NCBI GenBank assembly: GCA_964016885.1
Contig: OZ024752.1
Location: 25,544,001 to 25,608,000 of the forward strand
From: Eledone cirrhosa
Taxonomy: Eukaryota
Length of the DNA: 64,000 bases
Direction: 5' to 3'
Shown: positions 13,561-27,369 of the stretch, piece after piece
Layout of the letters: every line of letters begins with the position of its first letter
Numbering within the stretch: position 1 is the stretch's first letter
Notes under the pieces: model-generated
Told to the model about the DNA's origin: nothing
Databases searched by the model: none
The model's input: the letters and a program-made list of their open reading frames with translations, nothing else
Position numbers and translations under genes: made by a program

Positions 13561-14433
13561 ATATTCAATCTTGCTTTTATAAGGCATAAAGGAGGTTGGG
13601 AAACACTGATGTAGAGGTTTCCTCTTGGGGTTGAGACTTAGAGAGTTCATCCTTCTCATAAGTTCATGTTTTAAGGGTTGTGTCATATACTGGAGTATAT
13701 GACAACACTCCCTTCTTATTGGGCCCCTTTCCCCTCCACCGGCAACCCCATCTTTCCACATAGGAAAGAAATTAAATATCTATTAAAGAAGACATTTCAA
13801 AGAAAATAATTAAGCTAATGATTCAAATTAAAGTTGAAACAAAAATGCATTTGATTAATCATCATCATTTTATGCCTCTTTTCCAATAAAAAAAAAAAAA
13901 TTTATTAAAATGAGTGAGCTATTTGATAGAGCATGGCCATGAATGACAGATGAAATCATCCAATATGTAGACAATACAGACATCTCACTCTCTCTCATAT
14001 ATCAGTCTGTTTGTCTATTGATCTCTATATATACATGCTTATATAGTCTAGTACTGAGGTAGATTCTTCCTGTATATCTTTCTCATTTCCTCTCTCTCAC
14101 TTTCTATCTTTCTCTGGAAGAAATCTGCTGTACTCAGGCATGGGCTCTGCTAGTCTTACAATACCCAAGAAACGCTGTATGTCTTTTTCATAAACTATCG
14201 TTTTAATCAAACTTTACTTTTAACGGTATCTTATAAACTTGTATAAGTGCCTGGAGAAAGGTCACTAATTTGATACCTCTTGTATTATGGAGGTAGGGTC
14301 AAATTTGCACCTTGAAACCTTGGGTAGCATCTTTGTTCTGTGTATGTATGTAAATAAATAATATATTTCTGCTCTCTTCCCGATTGAGCACTGTTTTCCT
14401 TTTCACACCTACAGATATTGCTATATATACATA

Positions 14434-14466
<33 letters not shown>

Positions 14467-14699
14467 GTGAGTATTTAAAAATACATTGATTAATATACAT
14501 GTTCACACATATGCATATACACAATGCATACAAAGCAATTATATAGGAACTCAAATCAGACAATCATTTTATATACATATATATGTATATATATACACAC
14601 ACACACATATACATACATATATATATGTATATGTATATATACACACACACACATATATATCTAAATATATATATATATAAATACATTTATATATATATC

Positions 14700-15016
14700 A
14701 TTCATTTCATTTCATTTCATTTTACGTCCGCTTTTCCCTGCTTGCAAGGGTGGGACGGGAACTGATTCTGGCTTGATTTTTACAACTGGATGCCCTTCCT
14801 AACACCAACCTCATTTACAGTGAGTGCTGGGTGCTTTTTTTGCCGTGGCACCTCCACGACCACTTTGCAGTGGAATGATAGGGACCCCAGTCCCTATCAT
14901 CTCATTTCTACAGCTGAGTAAACTGGAGCAAGGTGAAATAAAGTGTCTTGCTCAAGGAAACAACACATCACCTGGTCTGAGAATTGAACTCACAACCTTT
15001 CGATTGCAAGGCCAAT
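14700..15016 (-). mobile_element. Composite SINE (tRNA head + core + RTE-derived tail)
   Basis: Reverse complement of 15427-15737; the tail matches the RTE 3' UTR. Confidence 0.82.
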
Positions 15017-15222
15017 ATATATATATACACACACACACACATATACATATATATATACACATATATACATATATACCATACCCAGGGAGTGTAATGTAAA
15101 TTACTGTAGGTTCACCCAGGTGAGCACTCGTTTAGGTTCACATCAGTAGTGAGGTGTAGAGCTAGACAGAGTGTAATATAATACAAGGACGATTTGTTAA
15201 GCCTTCATTACGTTTATTGATT

Positions 15223-15307
15223 GGTAACACATGTTTCGCTATTGATCAGCTAAAGGTTCAACCTGTATCGATCTGGTCTGACTCTAGAATCAAAAGCTCA
15301 TCGGACC
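15223..15307 (-). ncRNA. Putative hammerhead ribozyme, CCGAUGA core variant
   Basis: GGU-CCGAUGA-GCU...AGC-GAAA-CAUGUG-UU^-ACC. The opposite arm keeps GAAACGUACGUC (palindromic stem III, GUC triplet) at 15353-15364. Confidence 0.55.
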
Positions 15308-15426
15308 TCTGCTGTAGCAATCATTAGTTCAAACCTTGAGCTGATCAATACCGAAACGTACGTCCCCAATCAATAAACGTAATGAAGGCTTAACAAATCG
15401 TCCTTGTATTATTATTATATATATAT

Positions 15427-15737
15427 AGAGCATTGGCCTTGCAATCGAAAGGTTGTGATTTCAATTCTCAGACCGGGTGATGTGTTGTTTCCTTGAGCAA
15501 GACACTTTATTTCACATTGCTCCAGTTTACTCAGCTGTAGAAATGAGATGATAGGGACTGGGGTCCCTATCATTCCACTGCAAAGTGGTCGTGGAGGTGC
15601 CACGGAAAAAAAAAGCACCCAGCACTCACTGTAGATAAGGTTGGTATGAGGAAGGGCATCCAGCTGTAGAAATCAAGCCAGAATCAGTTCCCGTCCCACC
15701 CTTGCAAGCAGGGAAAAGCGGACGTAAAATGAAATGA
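15427..15737 (+). mobile_element. Composite SINE (tRNA head + core + RTE-derived tail)
   Basis: Truncated tRNA head, CCTTGAGCAAGACACTT core, then GGAAGGGCATCCAGCTGTAGAAA...GGACGTAAAATGA shared with RTE 3' ends. Confidence 0.82.
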
Positions 15738-17257
15738 TATATACATATATACACACATATATTTAAACATACATCTATATATGTATTTATGTATAAAGCA
15801 CATGAAGTTGTGATAGTAAAGAATGTTATAAGAGAATTGTTTGTTAGTGCTGTTATTGCTTGCTACTGGATCCATCAAGAGGAAAAGAAAATGCTAGAAA
15901 AGAAAAAAAGGAAGAAACTAATTCTAAGAAGGTCCTTTATGGAAGTCATCCCAACAGAAGCAGTGCTGTTTAGATACTCACCAAGTCACTGCGGCTCTAC
16001 AACAGAAATTGAGTGTTTTTTTTTATTATATCAACTGACTTGCAGCATAATCTTACAATAAACACACACATACATACATACCCACACATACATAAATACT
16101 CCCCACACACATGTACATACATACATACATGATGGCTGCAAACTTATGTTAAGAGTACTGCAATTGCTTGTCAAATTCAGATGTGTGACGCTCGGATATG
16201 ACTATTCAAGCCTGCTAGAGACTTGCACTCCTTCTCACACACACACACACATATTGAATATGAATATTCATTGTGTGTGGGTTTAAGATGGTGCAATAGC
16301 ACCAGTTCAAACATTTGGAGTACAGGCCAGTGATGTGTTGTATCTTTTTGGAAAGATTCATAAAACTCTGCTTTGTTTACAATATGTTCAGTGTTATATT
16401 AGAGATAAGTATTTAAGAAGAAGAGGTAGATATTAGCTATTATAAAATGTGTCCTAATTTACAGCGTTAATAAACAAAAAAATACACCTCCTACTCACAA
16501 AGATATCAATATTTTACTTCACTGCATGTAAAAATGTCAGATATAATACAATGCAGCTAACATTTAAATCTTTTGGTGTTACAGCTTTCCACATTTCCAA
16601 CATGGGTGGGGTTAAATTTGTTGTAGAATTTGACATTTGTATGGAGAGTATTTTAATTTTTTCTATTCTTAATTTTTCTCTTTTTGGTTTTTAACTCTCA
16701 ACACCTGATAATTATTTTACAGAAACAATCTAAAATTTAAAGTTTGTTAATTCAAATGTTTGTTGTATCTTTACCAGTGGATAGATAGTGGTAAAAATTT
16801 ACAGTATTAAAGTGATAAGTTTAATTTTTTTCGTGTGGTGGTGCAATCATAGTGCTATTTTGTACTTCTCAAGAATATCTTGCTAATATGGTTTCATGTG
16901 ATACAGGATAATAAAAATTTAAGTATAGCTTGAATCTCAAACTTTTTGTCACAAGCCCCTTTTCCATAGCAGGCTTAATCCAGTGTACAGTTTAACACCC
17001 CTAACTGACCAATTGGTATCTTCAACAGAGCCTACTCTGTTGTAAGCATACAGGCTAGGGTACTGGTTTGGAGATAACTGTAATTAGTCTCAGCTCTGTA
17101 AAATGTCATGGGCCCACTCCTTCCTCCGACGACCAAGCCATAAAAAGAAAATTAAAATCAATTAGATGTTGGGTATTCTTTTATTCTTTTACTTGTTGCA
17201 GTCATTGGACTGAGGTGCTACCTCCAAAGACATAGTTGATTAACATAAAAAAACAGG

Positions 17258-18080
17258 TATACAGCTGACATGCCCTCTAGAGCTAGCCATTCCTGTATAT
17301 GTGAACAGCTGCCATGCCATCCTAAAGATAGCCATTCCTAGTATTAATGTATATGTATGTATGTGTATGTACAGCTGACATGCCCTCCTAGAGCTAGCTA
17401 TTCCTAGTATTAATGTATGTGTATGTACAGCTGACATGCCATCCTAAAGATAGCCATTCCTAGTATTAATGTATGTGTATGTACAGCTGACATGCCCTCC
17501 TAGAGCTAGCTATTCCTAGTATTAATGTATGTGTATGTACAGCTGACATGCCCTCCTAGAGCTAGCTATTCCTAGTATTAATGTATGTGTATGTACAGCT
17601 GACATGCCCTCCTAGAGCTAGCTATTCCTAGTATTAATGTATGTGTATGTACAGCTGACATGCCCTCCTAGAGCTAGCTATTCCTAGTATTAATGTATGT
17701 GTATGTACAGCTGACATGCCCTCCTAGAGCTAGCTATTCCTAGTATTAATGTATGTGTATGTACAGCTGACATGCCCTCCTAGAGCTAGCTATTCCTAGT
17801 ATTAATGTATGTGTATGTACAGCTGACATGCCCTCCTAGAGCTAGCTATTCCTAGTATTAATGTATGTGTATGTACAGCTGACATGCCCTCCTAGAGCTA
17901 GCCATTCCTAGTATTAATGTATGTGTATGTACAGCTGACATGCCCTCCTAGAGCTAGCTATTCCTAGTATTAATGTATGTGTATGTACAGCTGACATGCC
18001 CTCCTAGAGCTAGCTATTCCTAGTATTAATGTATATGTGATCAGCTGGCATGCCCTTCTAGAGATATCCATTCCCTGTAT
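17258..18080. repeat. 56-bp minisatellite, about 14 copies
   Basis: Unit ACAGCTGACATGCCCTCCTAGAGCTAGCTATTCCTAGTATTAATGTATGTGTATGT; homogeneous centre, diverged edges. Confidence 0.97.
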
Positions 18081-18489
18081 AACTCTTTGAGGTGGAAAAA
18101 AGAAGACGATCAATTATAATTGATCATCGATAGGGATAATTCACGAACCATGGTTCTTTGCTCAATAATAAAAACATACTTTGAAATTTTAATCTCCCAC
18201 ATATTTCATAAACTTTCTATCGTAAAAAGCTGGTAAAAAAACAGCATAAAAATTGGGGGAAGTTAGTGACTAGTAACTTTAGTGTAATGGTCACACAGTT
18301 TTCTGTCATATAAAACAGATGCCAGTTCACAATCCACAAGTGCTTATCCACATTTTTACACCTCAGGCAACTATATCTATGATATATTCAAAACTATTTT
18401 ATAGTGATGATTCGTGTGATGCTTAATAAGAATAACATACTTAGAAATTTCAATCTCTCATGTGCTTCATTAGATTTAAGTTTGTTTAA

Positions 18490-18710
18490 CCCTTTAGCAG
18501 TTAAACCAGCCGTATCTGGCCAGAACCCTCTCACCTCATTCTGTTCAAACTGGATGTAACTGGTTGCTCATACCTACATTAAGGTAGTGTTCTCAAAATA
18601 AATAACATCAAAATCTTGTAGATTCGACATTTTGTGAGATAATTATGTAAGATAAAGCCTTTACTGTGAAAATACAACAGTAAATATAGAGTAATGTAAA
18701 TGCTAAAGGG
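18490..18710. mobile_element. piggyBac-type MITE
   Basis: TTAA target duplication and CCCTTTAGCA...TGCTAAAGGG terminal inverted repeats. Second copy at about 61727-62057. Confidence 0.85.
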
Positions 18711-19466
18711 TTAAAAGGGTATTGTAGTTAGTTTGAAGCATCGGGTAAAGAGTAGAAAATGTTTTATTAGAAGGCTACCACAATGTGAATTGGACAGTAA
18801 ATGTTAAAAATATGATGATAGCAATGTTGTTAGGATGTCACCTTGCAGCATAGGAGTGACAACAAATATACAGCTCCAAACTAGTTTCTTCTATTAATCT
18901 TTTGATGAAAGGATTTTATCCTGAAATATATCAACCTATAAAAAACTGCACAGTAACATGCCAGCATCATAGTTATATTTCTAACACTCACTCACAATTC
19001 ACATTGTAGTCGCCTTCATATAAAACACTATTTTTTACACACACACACATGCATATATCAAACACATATTCTCACACGTATTTTACTATGCACACGCTCG
19101 AAGCTTTAAATTTTAACATCTTTTCCTTACATTTAAATTAAATCTGCCAGCTAAACAACAACTCTTCTCCTACACATGAAAATGGGGTTTAAATCCAAAA
19201 GTATTTGAGATAATTAAATTTGCTAAGGTAAAATTCCATCATCTTCATTCTTTCCTCTATAACTCCTATTACCTTAGCACTTTTATTCTTGTATGGCTTT
19301 TAAACTTATTTAAATTTGTATTTCCTATTCCACAATGCTTCAAGCAAACTATAACACTGTTATACTATTTTTTAAGTTTGTTTCTTTTTATTTTCATTTT
19401 TGAAAAGATAGACTCTCCCCAAATACAATTTAGATAATGAACCAACAACTAAAATGGGAAACATAC

Positions 19467-19640
19467 TGGATCTAGAGTGGTTTGGGTTGTCACCTCTGGT
19501 TGTTCCTCCTCATCTGTGGAATATTCTTCCAGGACACCATCACTAAAATGAAGAATTCGTTTTGGTGCTTTCTTCTTTGAAATGTTATTAGCATCGCCAT
19601 CTAGTGGAATGCTGGTGAAATCTCGATCAGGGGTCTGAAC
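19467..19640 (-). CDS. FAM177A1: FAM177A1-like protein, internal coding exon
   Basis: tttctatttcccag acceptor and GTATGT donor. 174 nt, phase 0-0. Encodes VQTPDRDF...KKKAPKRILHFSDGVLEEYSTDEEE...TLDP, the FAM177 signature. Confidence 0.93.
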
Positions 19641-20824
19641 CTGGGAAATAGAAAGAAAACAGAAATTTCCATTATGTGAAGAAAAGAAACAACAAAAATC
19701 GTGTTTGCGTATTTGCGTGCTTATGCACACACATGTATGTATGCATCTGTGTGTCAGCGCATATTAGTATATATGTGTCTAAGCAGATTTAAAGGGAAAT
19801 AACTCAGTGCTGCCCTTGACCTGTCCGGACCTTAATTTTTAAAACAAAAGAAGTTGGAAAAAATAAATAAAATAAAATAAAACTACTTCAGGACACTGGA
19901 ATAGTTCCTTTATTTTCCTTGGAAGAAGGAATATTAATCTCGAAATATCAGGACATATAAATAAGTTAAAATAAAAAGCCCTCCTCATTTCTTACGACTT
20001 GTTTACGATTTGCTTATTTGTCTATTCCGCATTGCCGTGGCTTTCAAACTTCAAATTCTTTATAACAACAAAAATATGCAGGTTAAGTGAACACAGTGCC
20101 TGCTCTCACAGACAGTGTAGTATTAGTGAGTAGATACTAATCATTGATTCTCTAATGAAGTGACCTAGCATCACAATTGTTGACTCAGCTGTGACCCCAA
20201 TAGTTACAATTACAATTCTACTTTTACATGTCATTAACAAAAAATAATATTTAATTGCATAAGTACATTAACTTGTAATAACATTTGTTTTAAATAAACA
20301 TTTTTATAGAATATTCCGTGATCTCATTAAAAAAAAATCAATGTTTATATATCTATAGAAGTTTATGTAAACATTTTTTTTTAACATGTGGCAAAATAGT
20401 TGGTGATATCATGCTATCCCTCCATTATATAAATTATATAAAACATTTACCATTTATTTCAATTCCTGTATATATATATATATATATAAAAGAGCAATAA
20501 GTATAATACCAGGAAAAACAGGAATAACTAGGCAGGAAGAATTGGTCAGAAGGAAAAAAATTATTGAGAGTTCATTCCTTAACATACGTTTCTGTATAAT
20601 ATCAGTCTAAAAGTGCTGACTGTATGCTCAATCACAAGCATTACGTAAAAATATTGTACTTCATCAGAAAGAGAAAAAATGTTATTGTCCAAGGTGAGGT
20701 CATAAGTTTGCACACACACAAACATATATATTACTTCAGGACACTGGCCAAACCACTGGATCACCTACCAATTATATCTCCTCAAGTTAATGACCAGACA
20801 TAGTTGCTAAAGAAGAGCAGAATT

Positions 20825-21470
20825 ATTTCAATGCAAGCAGTTTTATGCCTCTGTAGTTGCTTCTTTCTAGAGCATCACCTTTTCCCTTGTAACATTTAAT
20901 GATAATACTGTTGTGCCAGTCATTGGGTATGACATTATTATGTATCACCTGATTGATTATGTGAAGGACTAGTTTGACCCGACACCTACTTCTCCAGATG
21001 ATTTCAGCAGCTTTGCCATTTCTCATCTTCCTGTTTATCTCTTTGATAGCCCACCACACCGATGAGTTTATTATGGTTACCCCTTTTCTTTCCATTTAAT
21101 CATCATCATCATTATTTTACGTCCGCTTTTCGCTGCTTGCAAGGGTGGGACGGGTCCTATTCAGCACAGCATCTCTCCATTCGCCACGGTCCTTCGTCAT
21201 CTTCTCCATGAGCTTCAGTGATCTGAGATCAGCTCTCACCACCTCCGCCCATGTTTTTCGTGGTCTTCCTCTACTGGCATTTCTTGCCACTTCTTTACCC
21301 AGCGGTCATCCTCCATGGACATCACATGTCCATACCATTGCAGTCTTCTCTCCTGCACACTACAACTTATCACTCTTATACACAGTTTCTCTCTCAACCT
21401 GTCTATGCTTGGTCGTTCACGCACATTGACATTGCACATCCAACGGAGCATGCTTGCTTCATATTTATCA
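20825..21470 (-). mobile_element. Two degenerate RTE fragments
   Basis: CYKGKGDALERSNYRGIKL (20823-21095) and EASMLRWMCNV...WYGHVM with 3' tail (21105-21470). Confidence 0.85.
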
Positions 21471-22291
21471 ATTATCCACAAACCAGTCAGTGATAGAAAT
21501 AAAATGCTACTTTTCAAATTTTACACTGAAATATTTCTCTTTTTCTCTAACAACTAGATCTGGACAATAACAGAAACACTAACAGATGAGACAAATGTTG
21601 AATATTGGTCACTTTTACAATTTACACTTGCTGTTTATTTTTCAAAAAAGACATATAATGATGGTTTCTAATTTGGCACAAGGCCCACAATTTAGGGGAA
21701 GAGAGGAAAGTTGATTAAATCAATGCCGATATGTTACTGGTGCTTTATTTTATCGACCCTGTAATGAAAGGCATAGCTAACATTGGCGGGATTTGAAATC
21801 AGAATGTAAAGGGCCATAACTATATGCTGCAAAGCATAATGTCTGACATTCTAATGATACTGCCAATCCACCGCCTTCAGACATATAATAACGAATGGCT
21901 AATTGCCAGAATGCATATCGTTTCAACAGATAACATTTTATTCTCAAAAAGACCAAATATTTTCAATATATGTGGATTGGCTGAAAAGTTCATAGACTGG
22001 CTATGAAGGAGTGACGCTAGAGCTGTGAAATCTTGCCCGAATTAATTTCAACTCTTTTCATTAATAACTGCATTGTTTCTTTCCAGGTACTATGTTGACT
22101 GAAATAGCTAACAAGCTGACGATGGCCTGACTAGCTACTGCACTTGAAAATAATGGAAATGGCTAAATGTAAAATATATAAATAAGATGAGGCCAGCTGT
22201 CGATTACTAACATGTAAACTTAGCATATGTGTGTAGTGTATGTGTGTGTATATATATATATGAAGACATGTGTGTATATATACGAATACAT

Positions 22292-23472
22292 GTGTGTATG
22301 AGTAGGACTGTGAGTGTATGAGTGGGATTGCGTGTATGAGTGGGATTGCGTGTATGAGTGGGACTATGAGTGTATGAGTGGGACTATGTGTGTATGAGTG
22401 GGACTGTGTATGTATGAGTGGGACTGTGTATGTATGAGTGGGACTGTGTATGTATGAGTGGGACTGTGTATGTATGAGTGGGACTGTGTATGTATGAGTG
22501 GGACTGTGTATGTATGAGTGGGACTGTGTGTATGAGTGGAACTATGTACGAGTGGGACTGTGTATGTAAGAGTAGGACTGTGTTAATAAGTGGGACTGTG
22601 TATGTATGAGTGGGACTGTGTATGTATGAGTGGGACTGTGTATGTATGAGTGGGACTGTGTATGTATGAGTGGGACTGTATGTATGAGTGGGACTGTATG
22701 TATGAGTGGGACTGTGTGTATGAGTGGGACTGTATATTTGAGTGGGACTGTATGTATAAGTGGGACTGTATGTATGAGTGGGACTGTGTATATATGAGTG
22801 GGACTGTGTTAATAAGTGGGACTGTGTATATATGAGTGGGACTGTGTTAATAAGTGGGACTGTGTATATATGAGTGGGACTGTGTATATATGAGTGGGAC
22901 TGTATGTATGAGTGGTACTGTATGTATGAGTGGGACTGTATGTATGAGTGGGACTGTGTGTGTATGAGTGGGACTGTGTGTGTATGAGTGGGACTGTATA
23001 TATGAGTGGGACTGTGTATATATGAGTGGGACTGAATGTATGAGTGGGACTGAATGTATGAGTGGGACTGTATGTATGAGTGGGACTGTATGTATGAGTG
23101 GGACTGTATGTATGAGTGGGACTGTGTATATGAGTGGGAATGTGTATATGAGTGGGAATGTGTATATGAGTGGGAATGTGTATATGAGTGGGAATGTGTA
23201 TATGAGTGGGACTGTATGTATATGTGTAACTGTGTGTATCAGTATATGTGTGACTGTGTATATATAAGTATGTGTGTGACTATGTGTATCAGTATATGTG
23301 TGACTGTGTGGGATTGTGTGTGTATGTGCGACTGTGTGTATGTGTGACTGTGTGTATGTGTGTGACTGTGTGGGATTGTGTGTGTATGTGTGACTGTGTG
23401 GGATTGTGTGTGTATGTGTGACTGTGTGGGATTGTGTGTTTATGTGTGACTGTGTGGGATTGTGTGTGTATG
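22292..23472. repeat. 18/20-bp minisatellite grading into a (TG)-rich repeat
   Basis: Unit (TG)TGTATGAGTGGGACTGTA and variants. Confidence 0.95.
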
Positions 23473-23763
23473 TAGAATGATTTAACATGTCTTCTTCTCC
23501 ATGCTTAAATACAGTTTATATTTATTAATAGAATAGTAAATAAGAGTGAGGTGCACATGTGGATTATACACTACACATATGAGTATATATATATATATAT
23601 ATACACACTACACACGAGTATATATATATAATTGAATATATGAGAGGGATGAACACCGATACAAGTATACATGTGTTCCAATTGCAAATGACCAAGTTAG
23701 CTATTTAATTGTAAAAGACTATTTTGAGCTTCTAACTCAATCTATGATATATATATATATATA

Positions 23764-23882
<119 letters not shown>

Positions 23883-24231
23883 AGGAAAGAATCAGTTTGA
23901 AACTGGTTAGACCATTACTCAACAGAGTACTCAATACTTGAGGTAGTAGTGTATAGCTATATTGTAAAGAGTAAGGGCCTGCTGGCTGAGCTCTAGCCAC
24001 TTCAACAGTGTGGAACTAGCTGTTGAAGTGGTAAGAGCTCAGCCAGCAGGTCCTGACTATGTATTATATATACGTGTGTGTGTGTATGTGTGTGGATTTT
24101 GTTGTGATAGCACTGGTCTGAGGATCCAGCAGATCTGAAATATTAATCCGGATCATGAGCTGACTGTTTGTGAAACAATTGTAACCAGGACCGATGGATA
24201 GATTCTTGATGTAAACAGAACTGTGTTCTTA

Positions 24232-24265
<34 letters not shown>

Positions 24266-25818
24266 ATATAAATAGGTTGCCATGTTGACTTCGCTGTCTA
24301 TCAGACTAGTGTTATAATGATCATTCGCTTTGGCCCTTTTCTGCTGAGATATCTTATGTCAGAACCATTGAGTAATCTTCCTGTATTGCTTACTATGGTG
24401 ATCTCATCTCACATTTCCTCTTTCTTTCTCTCTCATATATATATATATATATAAGCAATACAGGAAGATACTCAAGGGTTCTGACATAAGATATCCTAGC
24501 AGAGGACCCAAGTAGCAGATAAGGGCCAAAGTGAACAATCATTATAACACTAGGCTGATAGACAGCAAAATCAATATGGGAACCTCTGAATAGTTGCTCA
24601 AATTACACTCCACCGTTTTTTGTTTTTTAAAGTCATATCAAGAGAGAAAACTGTAATGATATGAACACGTGATGTGTATGGATGATCAAAGTTGGCTGAA
24701 GAAATGCCAGGAGTTCCCAGTGGAAAGAAACTGCAGTAGAGGAAGGCCAAGAAAAACCTGCACCAAAGTGATAAGAGATGATCACAAAACACTGAACTTG
24801 ATAGAGATGATGATGCAGTAGTTGGAGGGAAACTGTGCTGGAAAAGACCAGGTCCATTCTGTGCTAGCATGGAGAATTTGACGAAAAAGGATGATGATGA
24901 TGATGATTGGACAATGTCACCCTAGATATGCTGTCTAACCCCCCCCCCCCTCCAACAACAAAGATGATGAGCTGGTCAGAAATTAATTACCGTTTAATCA
25001 CATATCTGGTTGACTAGAGCTGACCTGGGGCTAAACAACAGTAACAACAAAAAGCTGGACATAGCCAATTGGTGGTAGGTAGGGCGAAAATTTCAGATCA
25101 GTTTCCTTTCGTCACCATTATCATCCTAATCATCAACATTTTATACTATTCAATGACTAAATTGTATAGCAGCTACATAGATACACCTCTTAAATGTAGA
25201 TACAACCTGAAGCTTTCTTTAGCTGAGCAATGGTAATAACAGCACTAATGAAATAGTCCAATCACTCTGTCCAAAGTAAATGGATTGAGGGGAGCAAAAA
25301 TAGATTTAACACAACCAGTAAAGGTTAGTTATTTAAAGTACTAATTACATGACAAAGAGAGACTGGTGGGTGGCAGGAAGGTGGGTGGTAAAAGAGGAAA
25401 TATACAAATGGTACAATAAAATGTGCAAATTATGTGTGTATGTGCAAGTGTGTATATATACATATATATATATATACACATTTATATGTGTATATATACT
25501 AGACCACCTGTGACCCGTTGGGTCACGTTAACTTCAAAATATTTTAAAATAATCATGTTCATTTAAAAATAATTTTTAAATAATTAAAATATACAGACAT
25601 GTATATAATTGTTTCTACTTTAGGCACAAGGCCAGCAATTACCCAGTGCATTACTGGTACTTTATTTTATCGACCCCGTAAGGATGAAAGGCAAAGTCAA
25701 CCTCGGCGGGATTTGAACTCAGATCGTAAAGGGACGTAACTATGCTGGAAAACATGGCGTCCGACCCTCTACTGATACTGCCAATCCACCGTATATAATG
25801 TGAAATGAAACTGGAAGG

Positions 25819-25939
<121 letters not shown>

Positions 25940-26180
25940 GTGTGTGTATGTATATATATATAAATGTCTGTGTTTGTATACATATATATATATATATATA
26001 AGCAGAAGGGATATTCAATTTGTTGGTAATTCAACAAATATAAATGTTTATAACTGATTCAGAGCACTCGACAGGTTTTCTGGAGTATAATATACAATGA
26101 TATTAAATATCCAAGGCAAACTTGAACCATTAAGGTATATTCTCCTTGGTTATGTCAAAATTTATAAAACACACTTCGTA

Positions 26181-26237
26181 TTTTATCTGATGATAGCGTA
26201 CCAAAATTTTGGTACCCTTGAAATATATATAATAGAA
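26181..26237 (+). ncRNA. Putative type-I hammerhead ribozyme
   Basis: UUUUAU-CUGAUGA-UAGCGUACCAAAAUUUUGGUACCCUU-GAAA-UAUAUA-UA^-AUAGAA. 6-bp stem I, GUACCAA/UUGGUAC stem II, AATAAA at its 3' end. Confidence 0.72.
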
Positions 26238-27369
26238 TAAATATGGTTTTATAAATATAGTTTCCATTTATTTAATATCATTGTATATATATATATATAT
26301 ACATGTATGTGTGTGTGTATATATATATATGTGGGTGTCTGTGATCTATATACACTGGTCATAGACACACACACACACACTCACATATATATATACACCA
26401 CACCACCAGCTCTCTCTCTCTTCCATTCTCCTTCTGTCTCCTCTCCCTCTCACTATGTCTCTCTTTCAATCTACTCTCTCACAACCACTATCTCTTTCTT
26501 TCTATCCTTCTCTCTCTCTCTGTTTATGAAGGTACCCAGAACACCCCATATCTTGGGAACCTGTGCTTCAATTTACACAAAACTTGTTTTATTCTATTTG
26601 TATTCCAATTTCAGGGTCAGCTTCCTTTTAAAGTATTTCCCCATTACATTACAGACAAGCAAGCAAGCAATCAGAGTTTTAGTAATATATATATATATGT
26701 GTATATATATATATATATAAATGTGTATATATACATATATATGTGTGTGTCTGTGTATATATATATATAAATGTAAGTGTGCATATACAGTCTGTTCACT
26801 TTTTACTTTTTACATGATGTGTTAGTGAAGGCCCGTATATTTGTTTGTGAAGGTCTGTAAACAAATTCGTATATTATATTCCTCATAAATAAAAAAATTA
26901 AAAACCACACGCGTTATTCACACAAAGTAAATATTTAATATTTTTTCAAGAGACATTAAAACGAATTCGCAGTCGAGGAAGACCACGAAAAATATGGGCG
27001 GAGGTGATGAGAGCAGACCTCAGATCGCTGAAGCTCACGGAGGAGATGACAAAGGACCGTGACGAATGGAAAGATGCCGTGCTTAATAAGACCCATTCCA
27101 CCCTTGAAAGCAGAGAAAAGTGGACGTAAAATGATAATGATGATGATGACGATTTGTCCGTCACTCTCTGAAAGGGAGATGACTGAGAAAGGGAGGGCTG
27201 ATGATAAAACTATAGAAAACAGTAACCAGCATTCTTAGATCCACTACACTTGTGTGTGTATATGTAGTGAATTGGCTTCACACATTAGCTATTATTATTG
27301 TGTTTGTGTGAATATTTCTAAACTTGTGTGAGTGTTTGTGTGTATATATTTATATACTCATACATAAAA

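Noticed and set aside
22650-23488. Repetitive ORFs (CMYEWD)n / (HTVPLI)n as structural or reflectin-like proteins
   Set aside because: They are translations of an 18/20-bp minisatellite whose unit length keeps shifting frame. No reflectin motif or splice support.
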